Source of the DNA: an uncultured Actinomycetes bacterium
GTDB taxonomy: Bacteria; Actinomycetota; Thermoleophilia; Gaiellales; F1-60-MAGs149
Direction: 5' to 3'
NCBI GenBank assembly: GCA_963732645.1
Contig: CAVTAC010000002.1
Location: 70,773 to 134,772 of the forward strand
DNA length: 64,000 bases
Under the pieces are notes generated by a model. That model ran no database searches and was not told the DNA's origin. It was given only the letters and a program-made list of their open reading frames with translations. Positions 1-9,615 of this stretch are shown here, one piece after another. The translations under genes and the position numbers were made by a program. Positions within the stretch are counted from its first letter, which is position 1. Every line of letters starts with the position of its first letter.

Positions 1-196
1 GCTGCAGCTCGCTCGCCCACAGCGACGAGGTGACGTGCACGATGAGGGTGCCGTCCTGGGCCATGCGGGCCGGCCACGCCTCGCGGGCCACCGGGGCGCC
101 GACGGCGTCGGGCCAGACGCGGAGGATCGGCAGCAGCAGCTCGGCGCCGGACGACGGCGGCAGCATCGCTCCCAGCAGGTCGGCGACGCGCTTCAC
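1..196 (-). CDS. dciA: DciA/DUF721 helicase-loader family protein (runs off window start)
   Basis: Manual translation MKRVADLLGAML...RVWPDAVGAPVAREAWPARMAQDGTLIVHVTSSLWASELQ; GTGA overlap with the recF stop; usual position after recF. Confidence 0.8.
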   Translation of the reverse strand, partial: MKRVADLLGAMLPPSSGAELLLPILRVWPDAVGAPVAREAWPARMAQDGTLIVHVTSSLWASELQ

Positions 197-1269
197 TCCT
201 GCAGGGTAATCCCTCCGCCGCCGACGACCAGGACCCGGTCGGCCGGCTCGGGCAGGTGCGCCGCCTCGGTCGTCGTCACGATCGCCTGGCCGACGTCGCG
301 CACCGCCCGCACCAGCCGCGCGCGGCGGTCGGCGTCGAGCTCGGACAGCACGTCGTCGAGCAGCAGCACCGGCGGTGCGCCGCGCAGCTCGCTGATCAGG
401 CTCGCCTCGGCCAGCAGCAGCGCCAGCACGGCCGTGCGCTGCTCGCCCTGCGAGCCGAACGCGCGCAGCTCGCGGGAGTGCTCGTGCAGCACGATGTCGT
501 CGAGGTGCGGGCCGGTGCTGGTCGCGGCCCGCTGGATGTCGCGCGACCGGCGCTCGGCGATGGCGGCGGCGAGCTCCTCGGCCGGCACGCGCGGCCGGTA
601 GACGAGCGCCGCGCCGCTGCGGCCGCCCAGCACCTCGAGATGCTCGGCGAACGGGCCGGCCAGGCGCGCGCAGAGCCGCGCCCGGGCGGCGATCAGCGCA
701 GCGCCGTGCTGTGCCAGCTGCTCGTCCCACGGATCGAGCGCATCGGCCGTGGCGGCGCCGGCCCGGATCCGCCGCAGCAGCGCGTTTCGCTGCGCGAGGG
801 CGTGGCCGTACGCGAGCACCGTGGCGGCGTGGCCCGGCTCCGCCCGCACCACCGCCCGGTCGAGGTACGCCCGCCGCACGGCCGGCGCGCGCTGCACGAC
901 GGCGAGGCGCTCGGGCAGGAAGACGAGGCACTCGAACCGCCCGGTCAGCTCGTCCCGCGATCGCAGCGTGCGCCCGTCGACGCGGATCCGCCGCGGCTCG
1001 CCCGGGGCGAGGGCGAGCGAGATGTCGTGCCGTTGCCCGGCGCCGGCGACCACGGCCTCCAGCCGCAGGAACGGCGAGCCCTCGCGCACGCACCGCGACT
1101 CGACCGTCGTGCGCGGCGAGTAGCCGCAGAGCGCCAGGTGCACCGCCTCGAGCAGGCTCGTCTTGCCGGCGCCGTTGGGCCCCACGACCGCCGTCACGCC
1201 CTCCGCGAACGCGGCGGAGGCCGTCTCGTAGCAGCGGAACCCGGCGAGATCGATGCGCTCGACGCGCAT
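193..1269 (-). CDS. recF: DNA replication/repair protein RecF
   Basis: Walker A GPNGAGKTS, GSQGEQRT, LLLDDVLSELD; downstream of dnaN. Confidence 0.97.
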   Translation of the reverse strand: MRVERIDLAGFRCYETASAAFAEGVTAVVGPNGAGKTSLLEAVHLALCGYSPRTTVESRCVREGSPFLRLEAVVAGAGQRHDISLALAPGEPRRIRVDGRTLRSRDELTGRFECLVFLPERLAVVQRAPAVRRAYLDRAVVRAEPGHAATVLAYGHALAQRNALLRRIRAGAATADALDPWDEQLAQHGAALIAARARLCARLAGPFAEHLEVLGGRSGAALVYRPRVPAEELAAAIAERRSRDIQRAATSTGPHLDDIVLHEHSRELRAFGSQGEQRTAVLALLLAEASLISELRGAPPVLLLDDVLSELDADRRARLVRAVRDVGQAIVTTTEAAHLPEPADRVLVVGGGGITLQE

Positions 1270-1276
1270 CCGCTGT

Positions 1277-2384
1277 CTACGACAGTCGGATCGGCATGAT
1301 CAGGTACCAGAAGTCGTCGTCGGTACCGGTGACCAGCGCCGGGCGCAGCGGGCTGATCAGGTGCAGCACGGCCTCGTCGCCGACCACCGCGTCGATGCCG
1401 TCGCGGAGGAAGTCGGCGTTGAAGCCGATCTCGAACGCGTCGCCGCCGAAGGGCGCGGGGATGGTCTCGCGCGCCTCGCCGACGTCGGGCGTCTGGGCCG
1501 AGATCGACAGCTGGCCGTTCGAGAAGGCGACCCGCAGCGGCGTGTTGTGCCGGGCGAAGACGCCGACGCGCTTGACGACCTCGGCGAGCTCGTCCTTGGG
1601 CAGCCGCACGTCGTGCTCGAAGCCCTCGGGCCGCAGCGACCGGAAGTTCGGGAACTGGCCCTCGATGCGCCGCGCCGTCATCCAGACGCCGTCGACGCCG
1701 AAGGCGATCTGGTTGCGGTCGACCGAGACGGAGATGGGGCCGGAGCCGCCGGTGGCGAGACGCGACACCTCGGCCAGCGCCCGGGCCGGGATGATCGCCT
1801 CGAGCGGCTCGGGGATGGTGTCCTCGATCACCGTCTCCTTGACCGCCAGGCGGTAGGAGTCGGTGGCGGCCATCGTCAGCCGGCCGGTCTCGAAGTGCAC
1901 GAGGACGCCGGTCAGCACCGGGCGCGACTCGTCGCGGGACGCCGCCTTGACGACGCGCTCGACGGTGGCGAGGAACGCATCGCGGTCCAGATCGAAGACG
2001 CGCTCGGGGTCGATCTCCGGGAGCCGCGGAAAGTCGTCGACGGGATGCGTGTGCAGCTGGTACTCGCCGGCGCCGGCCGTGATGCGCACCCGGCCGTCGG
2101 GTCCGTCGGAGGACGAGCGTGACCCGATCGGACTTGAGGGCGCGGACGACCTCCTGGGCGAGCCGCGCCGGGATGACGACCGCGCCGGCCTCCTCGACCT
2201 CGGCGTCGAGCGGCACGCGCAGCGACAGCTCGAGGTCGGTGGCCGCGAGCTCGACGGGCTCCTCGGGATCGCCCGCGGTGATCCGGATGCCCGCCGCGAC
2301 CTGGATCGAGGCGCGCGTCGACGTCGCGCGCGCAGCCGTCGAGAGACGCTCGGCGAGAAGGTCGGTGGAGCAGTGGATCTTCAC
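1277..2384 (-). CDS. dnaN: DNA polymerase III beta clamp (apparent frameshift near 2100)
   Basis: N-terminus MKIHCSTD...ATDLELSL in one frame; SRPVLTGV, ATDSYRLA, YLIMPIRL in ORF 1277..2089. Confidence 0.95.
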
Positions 2385-2639
2385 GTCTGGGGATTCCTCC
2401 GATGTACTTGAAAGAACAGTGTACGTACCCTTGTCCTCGTAATAGGGGGTGTGGGTCCGTGGGATGACCCGCCGATTCGAGGACCCGGGCCGGGTTGCGG
2501 GTCGCGGGGTCGTGGGACGGTTGTCGGATGACTCCGGGACGCCCTGGGAGCGATCGGTCGCGACACGTCGCTCACCGCCCGGACCGTGGGAGAACGACGG
2601 TCGATCCACAGGCCGTCCCAAGGGGGGCTGGGATGGAAA
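2385..2639. promoter_or_regulatory. oriC: oriC, dnaA-dnaN half: DnaA-box-like cluster, short DnaA-trio tract and AT-richer unwinding segment
   Basis: Minus strand TCATCCCAC-GGACCCACA-CCCC-CTATTAC mirrors the box-box-GC-trio layout of B. subtilis oriC; AT-richer 2401-2445; several further box-like motifs. Confidence 0.8.
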
Positions 2640-4023
2640 TCAGACGCGCCGGATGCGCGCGGTGAGGTCCTGCACGAGGTTGTAGGCGCGGCGATCCTCG
2701 CGGATCAGCCGGGCGATCTTGCCCTCGGCGTAGTGGACCGTGGTGTGGTCGCGTCCCCCGAACCGCTGCCCGATCTTCGGGAGCGAGAGATCGGTCAGCT
2801 CGCGGCACAGGTACATGGCGAGCTGACGGGGGTAGACCACCTGCTGCGTGCGGCGGTCGCCGCGGAGGTCGGCGACGGAGACGTTGAAGGCGTCGGCGAC
2901 GACCTTCGTGATCTCCTCGGCCGTGACCGGGCGGGCGCCCTCGGGAAACTGGTCGTGCAGGACGTCGCGCACGAGGTCGACGGTGACCGCGACGCCGTTC
3001 AGGGAGGCGAACGCCACGACGCGCGTGAAGGCGCCCTCGAGCTCGCGGATGTTCGTCTGGATGCGCTCGGCGATCGCGGCCAGGACGTTGATGTCCGGCG
3101 GGCGGGTCCCGTCGCGCTCCGCCTTCTTGCGGAGGATCGCGATCCGGGTCTCCAGATCGGGCGGCTGGACGTCGGTGATCAGGCCCCACTCGAAGCGGGA
3201 ACGGAGCCGTTCCTCGAGCGCGTTGATCTCCTTCGGGGGCCGGTCCGACGACAGGACGATCTGGCCGCCGGCCTCGTACACGCTGTTGAAGGTGTGGAAA
3301 AACTCTTCCTGGATCCGCTCTTTACCGGCGAAGAACTGGATGTCGTCGATCAGCAAGACGTCGTAGGTTCGATACCGCGTCTTGAATTCGTCGAGACGTT
3401 TGTCCTGCAAATGAGCGATAAAATCGTTCATGAACGCTTCGCCGGTGAGGTACCGCGCGCGGAGCGTCGAGGTCTCGGTCGCCAGGTAGTGGGAGATCGC
3501 CTGCAGCAGGTGGGTTTTCCCCAGGCCCGTCGCGCCGTAGATGAAGAGCGGGTTGTACGCCTGCGCCGGCGCCTCGGCCACCGCGAGCGCCGCGGCGTGG
3601 GCGAACCGGTTGGACGAGCCGATCACGAAGTGGTCGAACGTGTACTTGCCGGTGAGCGGGTGCGCGGCGTCCGGGACGCGCACGCCGTGCGCCGCCGGAG
3701 CTGCCGGCCGGGCCGCGCTCGGGCCCCTGCCCGACGTCCGCCCGGTCACGCGCCGCAGCCGGCGCGTCGACCCGGAAGCGGACGTCGAGCGGTGCCCCGG
3801 TCGCATCGCGAACCGCAGCGGCCACGAGCGCCGCGAAGTGGCCCTCGATCCACTGGCGCGCGAACTCGTTCGGCACGGAGACCTCGATCGACTCGGCGTC
3901 CATGCCGAGCGGGGACACGCCCGCGAACCACGTCGACCAGGTCGACTCGCTCAGCGTGTCCTTGAGTCGCGTGGAGACATCGCCCCACACGCCCGCCGCA
4001 TCGTTGTCCGAACGCGTATTCAC
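2640..4023 (-). CDS. dnaA: Chromosomal replication initiator DnaA (apparent frameshift in the domain II linker near 3750)
   Basis: Domain I ([18 protein letters not shown]), [34 protein letters not shown]; GGAGG RBS upstream of GTG. Confidence 0.97.
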
Positions 4024-4362
4024 GCGTGCAGAGACCTCCCACCTGTCGCTCGCCACCGACGATGCCGGAGCCACACCCCGACAGGGCGAGACAGTAGCAG
4101 CGGGGCCTGAGGTCGCCGGAAGGGTGCTGAAAACTCCAAAGTGTGCATTTTGCAGGAAAAAGACGTTATCCCACGAGTTGTCCCCAGCTGGGGATAAGCG
4201 CCAGGAGGCCTCCGGTTCCTGGCTCTCTGCAGGCATTTCCCGACTGACGGGCGGCGACGTTTTCCCAGGGTGCCGGAAGGGGTGTTCCTCGTCGTTCGCC
4301 GGTGCCGCGTATACTGGGCCTCCCGGCCGTCTGACGCGGCCGTTTTGACCTGCAGACGGACA
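4024..4362. promoter_or_regulatory. dnaA-rpmH divergent promoter region with DnaA-box-like motifs (upstream half of a bipartite oriC)
   Basis: TTATCCCACG 4166-4175; inverted pair TTGTCCCCAG/CTGGGGATAA 4178-4197; TTTTCCCAGG 4260-4269; TATACT -10 at 4310-4315. Confidence 0.75.
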
Positions 4363-4497
4363 ATGAAGCGCACCTTCCAGCCGAACACCCGTAAGCGCGC
4401 GAAGACCCACGGCTTCCGCAAGCGCATGTCGACCCGCGCCGGCCGCGCGATCGTCAAGCGTCGCCGCCTACGGGGTCGCAAGAACCTCTCCGCCTAA
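4363..4497 (+). CDS. rpmH: 50S ribosomal protein L34
   Basis: [44 protein letters not shown]. Confidence 0.98.
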   Translation: MKRTFQPNTRKRAKTHGFRKRMSTRAGRAIVKRRRLRGRKNLSA

Positions 4498-4504
4498 CCA
4501 GCCC

Positions 4505-4874
4505 TTGAACGCGCCGATCGCGCAGCGCCGGCGGCTCACCCGCTCGGCTGACTTCGACGTCGTCTACCGGCGCGGACGGTCGCGGTCCAGCCGCCACCTC
4601 GTGGTGTACGTGTTCGCCGGGGCGGGCGCCTCGCCCGACGAGGCCCGGCTCGGCATCACCGTGCCGCGCAAGGTGGGCGGCGCCGTCGTGCGCAACCGCC
4701 TCAAGCGCCAGCTGCGCGAGGCGATGGTCGCGCTCGGTCCCGACGCCGCCCGCGGCAGCGACGTGGTGGTCGTGGCGCGCGCCGGCCTCGACGAGGCGGT
4801 CGAGACGCAGGGATTCGCCTGGCTGGTCGAGGAGCTGCCGGACACTCGTCGAGCCGCGGGGCGACGAGTCGTGA
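4505..4874 (+). CDS. rnpA: Ribonuclease P protein component
   Basis: RLTRSADF..VYRRG, RLGITVPRKVGGAVVRNRLKRQLRE; 3' end probably shifted by an indel. Confidence 0.93.
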
Positions 4875-5099
4875 GCCGCCTGCTGCTCGGCGCCTATCGC
4901 TACGTCCTGCGGCCGCTCTGGCCGGGCGGCGCGCCGGCCGGCGTGCGGCACTGCCGGTTCCATCCCACCTGCTCCGCGTACGCTGCCCAGGCGCTTCGCC
5001 GGCACGGGCCCATCCGCGGCACGGTACCTGGCGATCTGGCGCGTGCTGCGCTGCAACCCCTGGAACCGTGGAGGGCATGACCCTGTGAGGCCCCGATGA
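4871..5099 (+). CDS. yidD: Membrane protein insertion efficiency factor YidD (frameshift near 5025)
   Basis: [17 protein letters not shown], then shifted frame [17 protein letters not shown]. Confidence 0.9.
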
Positions 5100-5993
5100 T
5101 GCCGACTCCTCTCGATCGTCACGACGCTCACGGCGCCGCTGCTGTGGCTGCTCGAGACGATCCACTCGGTGGGCCTCACCTGGGCGTGGTCGATCATCGT
5201 CCTCACGTTCATCGTGCGGCTCGCGCTCGTGCCGCTGACGGTCAAGCAGCAGCAGTCGATGCGGCGCATGACGGCGCTGCAGCCCGAGCTCAAGAAGCTT
5301 CAGGCGAAGTACAAGCACGACCGCCAGGTGCTGAACGAGAAGATGATGGAGTTCTACCGGGAGAACAACACGAACCCGTTCGGGTCGTGTCTGCCGATCC
5401 TGGTGCAGATCCCGATCTTCATCGGCCTGTTCTACCTGCTGCGCAGCCCCGAGCGGTTCATCGAGCCCGGCGACGACCTGTCGTTCCTGTTCGGGTTCAT
5501 CCCGGACATCACGACGCACCTGAAGGACCTGCCGACGACGACGCTGGCGATCCTGATGGTGATCTACGTCAGCTCGCAGGTCGGCTCGATGCTGCTGATG
5601 CCGTCGACGGCCGACCCGCGCATGAAGTACCTGTTCGCGGGCATGCCGATCCTGTTCGCGGTGTTCATCGTGAACCAGGCGTTCCCCGTCGGCCTGATGC
5701 TCTACTGGATCACGACCAACCTGTGGACGGTCGGGCAGGCGGCGGTGATCCGCCACATCTTCCCGCCGCCGGCGTTCGTCGAGATGCAGGCGCTCGCGAA
5801 GGAGAAGAAGAAGGGCGATCCACCGCCCGCGGCGGCGAAGCGCGAGCCCAAGCCGAAGCCGGAGGCCACGAAGCCGACGGCGGCACCCGCGAAGCCGAAG
5901 CCGAAGCCGCAGACGCCCCGGGCGGGGCAGCCGCGCAAGACGCGCCGGCCGCCGAAGCCGCAACCCAAGCCGAGAGGTCAGACCGATGAGTGA
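5096..5993 (+). CDS. yidC: Membrane protein insertase YidC with Lys/Pro-rich tail (5' frameshift)
   Basis: [48 protein letters not shown]. Confidence 0.95.
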
Positions 5994-6792
5994 CGTGACG
6001 ACGGTCGAAGGCACGGGCGAGACGGTCGGCGAGGCCAAGTGGTCGGCGCTGCGCGAGCTCGAGAAGCGGTTTCCCGGTCTCGACCGGCAGGCCGTGGAGT
6101 TCCAGGTCCTGAGCGAGGGCGAGCGCGGCCTGATGGGTATCGGCCGTGAGCCGGCCCGCGTCGTCGCGACGCTCGGCGCGACACCGACGCCCGAGCAGCG
6201 CGCCGTCGTCACCGAGCGCCGCACCGAGACGCGCGAGTCGCGTCCACCCCGGCCGCGGCCGGCCCCGGTGCCCGCGCCCGAGCTGGGCGAGGAGTCGTCG
6301 TCCGACGAGGCGAGCGAGGTGCGCGCGATCGTCGCCGCCGTCGCCAGCGGCCTCGGCCTGGGCGCCACGCTGCACGTGGGCGAGACCGACGAGGCCGTCA
6401 CCGCCACGCTCTCCGGTGGCGAGCTGGGCGTCGTGATCGGCAAGCACGGCAAGACCATCGACGCCGTCCAGTACCTCGTGAACGCGATCCGGGCCCGCGA
6501 GGGCGATTCGAAGCCCGTCGTCATCGACGCGCAGAACTACCGCCGGCGACGTGAGCTGGCGCTCGGCGAGACGGCCGAGCGAGCGGCGCGCGATGCGATC
6601 CGCACCGGCCAGCCCGTCGCGCTCGATCCGATGACCAGCGTCGAGCGCAAGATCGTGCACCTGCTGCTGAAGGAGCGCGACGACGTCGAGACGTCCAGCG
6701 ACGGCCGCGAGCCGTTCCGCCACATCGTCGTCAGCCCGGCGGGAACGGCCGAGACCGAGGCCGACGCGCCGGAAGCCGCCGAGGCCGAGTAG
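5986..6792 (+). CDS. jag: RNA-binding protein Jag/KhpB (Jag_N-KH-R3H)
   Basis: VIGKHGKTIDAVQYL; MTSVERKIVH R3H motif; follows yidC. Confidence 0.95.
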   Translation: MSDVTTVEGTGETVGEAKWSALRELEKRFPGLDRQAVEFQVLSEGERGLMGIGREPARVVATLGATPTPEQRAVVTERRTETRESRPPRPRPAPVPAPELGEESSSDEASEVRAIVAAVASGLGLGATLHVGETDEAVTATLSGGELGVVIGKHGKTIDAVQYLVNAIRAREGDSKPVVIDAQNYRRRRELALGETAERAARDAIRTGQPVALDPMTSVERKIVHLLLKERDDVETSSDGREPFRHIVVSPAGTAETEADAPEAAEAE

Positions 6793-6798
6793 CGGCCG

Positions 6799-7686
6799 CT
6801 AGCGCAGGATGTGGGTCTCGACGAGCTCGGCGACCTCGCCGAGCCGTCCGGCGAACGCCGCCAGCTCGGTCTCCGACTTCACGACCAGCTCGATGCGGCA
6901 GCCGCCGCGGACCGGCGTCACCTTGGCGGTGACCCCGAAGGCCCGGTAGGCGGCGTCGACGACCTCGTTGGCCGCCTCGTCGTCGACCCACGCGTGGGCG
7001 ATCGGGCGGCGCCCGGTGCGGGCAGCGCCCGCGCGGCGGGCGAGCGCCTCGGTCTGCCGCACCGACAGGCCGGCGGCTGCGGCACGGCGGGCCAGGGCCC
7101 GGCGACCGTCGGCGTCGTCGATCTGCAGGATGGCGCGGCCGTGGCCCTCGCTGAGGGCGCCGCTCGCGATCAGCTCCAGCACGTCGTCGGGCAGCTCGAG
7201 CAGGCGCAGGATGTTGGAAACGCCGCTGCGGCTGCGTCCGACCCGCTCGGCGATCTCGAGCACCGTCAGGCCGTAGCCGTCGGCCAGCGCCGCGTAGCCG
7301 CGCGCGATCTCGACCGCGTTCAGGTCTTCGCGGACGACGTTCTCGACGATGGCCAGCAGCAGCGCGTCGCGGTCGGGTGCGTTGCGGACGACGGCGGGGA
7401 TGGTCGTCAGGCCGGCCGCCACGGCGGCGCGCCAGCGGCGCTCGCCGGCGATCAGCTCGTACCGGCCGTCGGGCCGCTCCCGCACCACGACCGGCTGCAC
7501 GACGCCGTCGGCGGCGATGGAGCGGGTCAGCGAGCCGAGCGCCTCCGGGTCGATCGTCCGGCGGGGCTGGCGCGGGTTGGGCTCGACGCGGTCGACCGGC
7601 AGCTGCACGTACGGCTGCGTGGCGACGGACGGGTCGAGCATCGCGACCAGGCCGCGCCCGAGGCCTCTGGCGCCGGGGTTAGCCAC
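6799..7686 (-). CDS. parB: Chromosome partitioning protein ParB/Spo0J
   Basis: GLGRGL N-terminal peptide, PNPRQPR, IAGERRWRA, ENVVREDL, HTH. Confidence 0.96.
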   Translation of the reverse strand: MANPGARGLGRGLVAMLDPSVATQPYVQLPVDRVEPNPRQPRRTIDPEALGSLTRSIAADGVVQPVVVRERPDGRYELIAGERRWRAAVAAGLTTIPAVVRNAPDRDALLLAIVENVVREDLNAVEIARGYAALADGYGLTVLEIAERVGRSRSGVSNILRLLELPDDVLELIASGALSEGHGRAILQIDDADGRRALARRAAAAGLSVRQTEALARRAGAARTGRRPIAHAWVDDEAANEVVDAAYRAFGVTAKVTPVRGGCRIELVVKSETELAAFAGRLGEVAELVETHILR

Positions 7687-8434
7687 GCTCGACCACCTCG
7701 AGCGCGACCCGGTAGTACGCCTCGGCGCCGGTGGAGCGCGGGTCGTAGGTCGAGATCGGGCGGCCGTGCGACGGTGCCTCGGCGATGCGGACGTTGCGCG
7801 GGATGACGCTGGCGAACACCTTCGGCCCGAAATGGCTGCGCACCTCGTGGGCCACGTCGGCGGCGAGGCGGGTGCGGCCGTCGTGCATGGTCAGCAGCAG
7901 GCCGGTCAGCGACAGCTTCGGGTTCACCTTGGCGCGGATCAGCTCGACCGTCTCGAGCAGCTGCGCGAGGCCCTCGAGCGCGTAGTACTCGCACTGCACC
8001 GGCACGATCAGCCGGTTGGCGGCGGCCAGCGCGTTCAGCGTCAGCATGCCGAGCGACGGCGGGCAGTCGACCAGCACGTACGGGTACTCGTCGCCCACCT
8101 CGGCGAGCGCGGTGCCCAGGATGCGGTCGCGATCCTCGCGGTCCGGCAGCTCGACGGCGGCCGCGGCCAGGTCGGGATGGGCCGGCGCCAGCGACAGGCC
8201 GGGCGTCGACGTCTCGACGATGATGTCGCGCATCGAGGCGCCGTGCAGCAGGTCGTAGGTGGAGCGACCGCGGGGCGGGCGCAGGCCCAGGCCGGTGGTG
8301 GCATTGGCCTGCGGATCGAAGTCGACCAGCAGCACCCGGGCGCCCGCCTCGGCGATGCAGGCTGCGACGTTGATCGCGGTCGTGGTCTTGCCGACGCCGC
8401 CCTTCTGGTTCGCCAGTGCGTAGATGCGCGACAT
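7679..8434 (-). CDS. parA: Chromosome partitioning ATPase ParA/Soj
   Basis: NQKGGVGKTTT, DPQANAT, DCPPSLG, PVQCEYYALEG. Confidence 0.97.
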   Translation of the reverse strand: MSRIYALANQKGGVGKTTTAINVAACIAEAGARVLLVDFDPQANATTGLGLRPPRGRSTYDLLHGASMRDIIVETSTPGLSLAPAHPDLAAAAVELPDREDRDRILGTALAEVGDEYPYVLVDCPPSLGMLTLNALAAANRLIVPVQCEYYALEGLAQLLETVELIRAKVNPKLSLTGLLLTMHDGRTRLAADVAHEVRSHFGPKVFASVIPRNVRIAEAPSHGRPISTYDPRSTGAEAYYRVALEVVERG

Positions 8435-8464
8435 CGCCCCGCAGGGTACCCGCGCGGGCGGACG

Positions 8465-9092
8465 TCAGCCCGCGAGCGGGCGTTTGGCGGCCATTCCCGG
8501 GCGCCGCGGAAACCGCTCGGGCGTCGGCCCGGTCTTGGCCACCACGACGAACGACCGCCGGTCGCCCGGTGCCGGGTCGATCGCCTCCAGCTCGCCGCCC
8601 ACCTCGAGCGCGGCTCGCTCGATGGCGCCGGCGTCGGTCTCGCCCGCCCAGATCACCAGGCGGCCGCCGGGTCGGACCAGCGGCAGGCACAGCTCGACCG
8701 CGACGGGCGGCGGCGCCAGCGCCCGGCAGACGGCGAGGCCGAAGCGGTCGCGATCGACGCCGCGCCCGAGGTCCTCGGCACGTTCGGCTCTGACGTCAAC
8801 GTTGTGCGCCCCGAGATCCGCGGCGATGGCGGCCAGCACGGCGGCCTTCTTCTGCACCGACTCCACGAGCTGGACGGCCCGGTCGGGCCGTGCCAGGGCC
8901 AGCACCAGTCCCGGGCACGCCCGTGCCGGAGCCGACGTCGACGATCTCGCCGTGGGTCGCGTCGACCAGGTGCAGTCCGGCGAGCGCGTCGGCCACGTGG
9001 CGCTCGTACGCCTGCTCGCGGGGCACGGCCGTGAGCCGCACCGGCGCGTCGGTGAGCAGGTCGCAGAAGCGCTCCAGGCGCGGGTCGTTCAC
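8465..9092 (-). CDS. rsmG: 16S rRNA m7G527 methyltransferase RsmG (frameshift near 8915)
   Basis: RHVADAL, VDVGSGTGVPG, VESVQKK, RAE, CRALA, FPRRPG. Confidence 0.93.
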
Positions 9093-9433
9093 ACCTGCAC
9101 CGAGTAGCGCTCGCACATGTCGCGGAACCGCGTCGCGGCGTGCTCGTCGATGCCGGCGTCGAGGTGGCGAGCCAGGAAGGGCGCCAGGTGCTCGCGCAGC
9201 GCCGGGCCGCGCACCATCCACTGGTAGTACTTGCGGCCGGAGTGGTCGTACGGCCCGTAGAGCCGCCCGATCGACACGTTCTCGACCAGCCAGTCGAAGA
9301 TCGCCTTGTGGCGGGTGTGCATCCGCAGCGTCACGTGCGGCTGCCGGCCGTCGCCGCCGAAGTGCCCCTCGCCGACCAGCAGGCCGACCAGCAGGCCGGC
9401 TTCGAACGAGTGGTCTTCGGGGAGCGTCGGCAT
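9089..9433 (-). CDS. Small stand-alone LAGLIDADG-like protein (114 aa)
   Basis: GLLVGLLVGEGHF resembles the LAGLIDADG helix, followed by beta/alpha elements (VTLRM..IFDWL..GRLY..YYQWMVRG); GTGA overlap with rsmG; normal high-GC codon usage. Confidence 0.75.
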   Translation of the reverse strand: MPTLPEDHSFEAGLLVGLLVGEGHFGGDGRQPHVTLRMHTRHKAIFDWLVENVSIGRLYGPYDHSGRKYYQWMVRGPALREHLAPFLARHLDAGIDEHAATRFRDMCERYSVQV

Positions 9434-9448
9434 GTTGTTTCACCGTAA

Positions 9449-9464
9449 GGTAACACGTGAAACG
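9449..9464. promoter_or_regulatory. parS: parS-like site
   Basis: GGTAACACGTGAAACG versus consensus TGTTNCACGTGAAACA; extra half-site TGTTTCAC at 9436-9443; upstream of the parAB operon. Confidence 0.7.
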
Positions 9465-9498
9465 GGGGCCAGTTCTCGCTGGTATAGTCCGGCGCGGC

Positions 9499-9572
<74 letters not shown>

Positions 9573-9615
9573 CTGCCGTGCCCACCGCCACCGCGCGCCG
9601 CCTACGATAGCGACG

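Noticed and set aside
4505-5080. RnpA-YidD fusion in the ORF track
   Set aside because: A GTGA start/stop overlap at 4871-4874 is present; one indel near 4840 explains the read-through.
5790-5990. AAGCCG-type repeats in the yidC 3' end
   Set aside because: They encode a low-complexity Lys/Pro tail, common in Gram-positive YidC proteins.
6792-9092. Absence of mnmE/mnmG next to jag and rsmG
   Set aside because: Normal for Actinobacteria.
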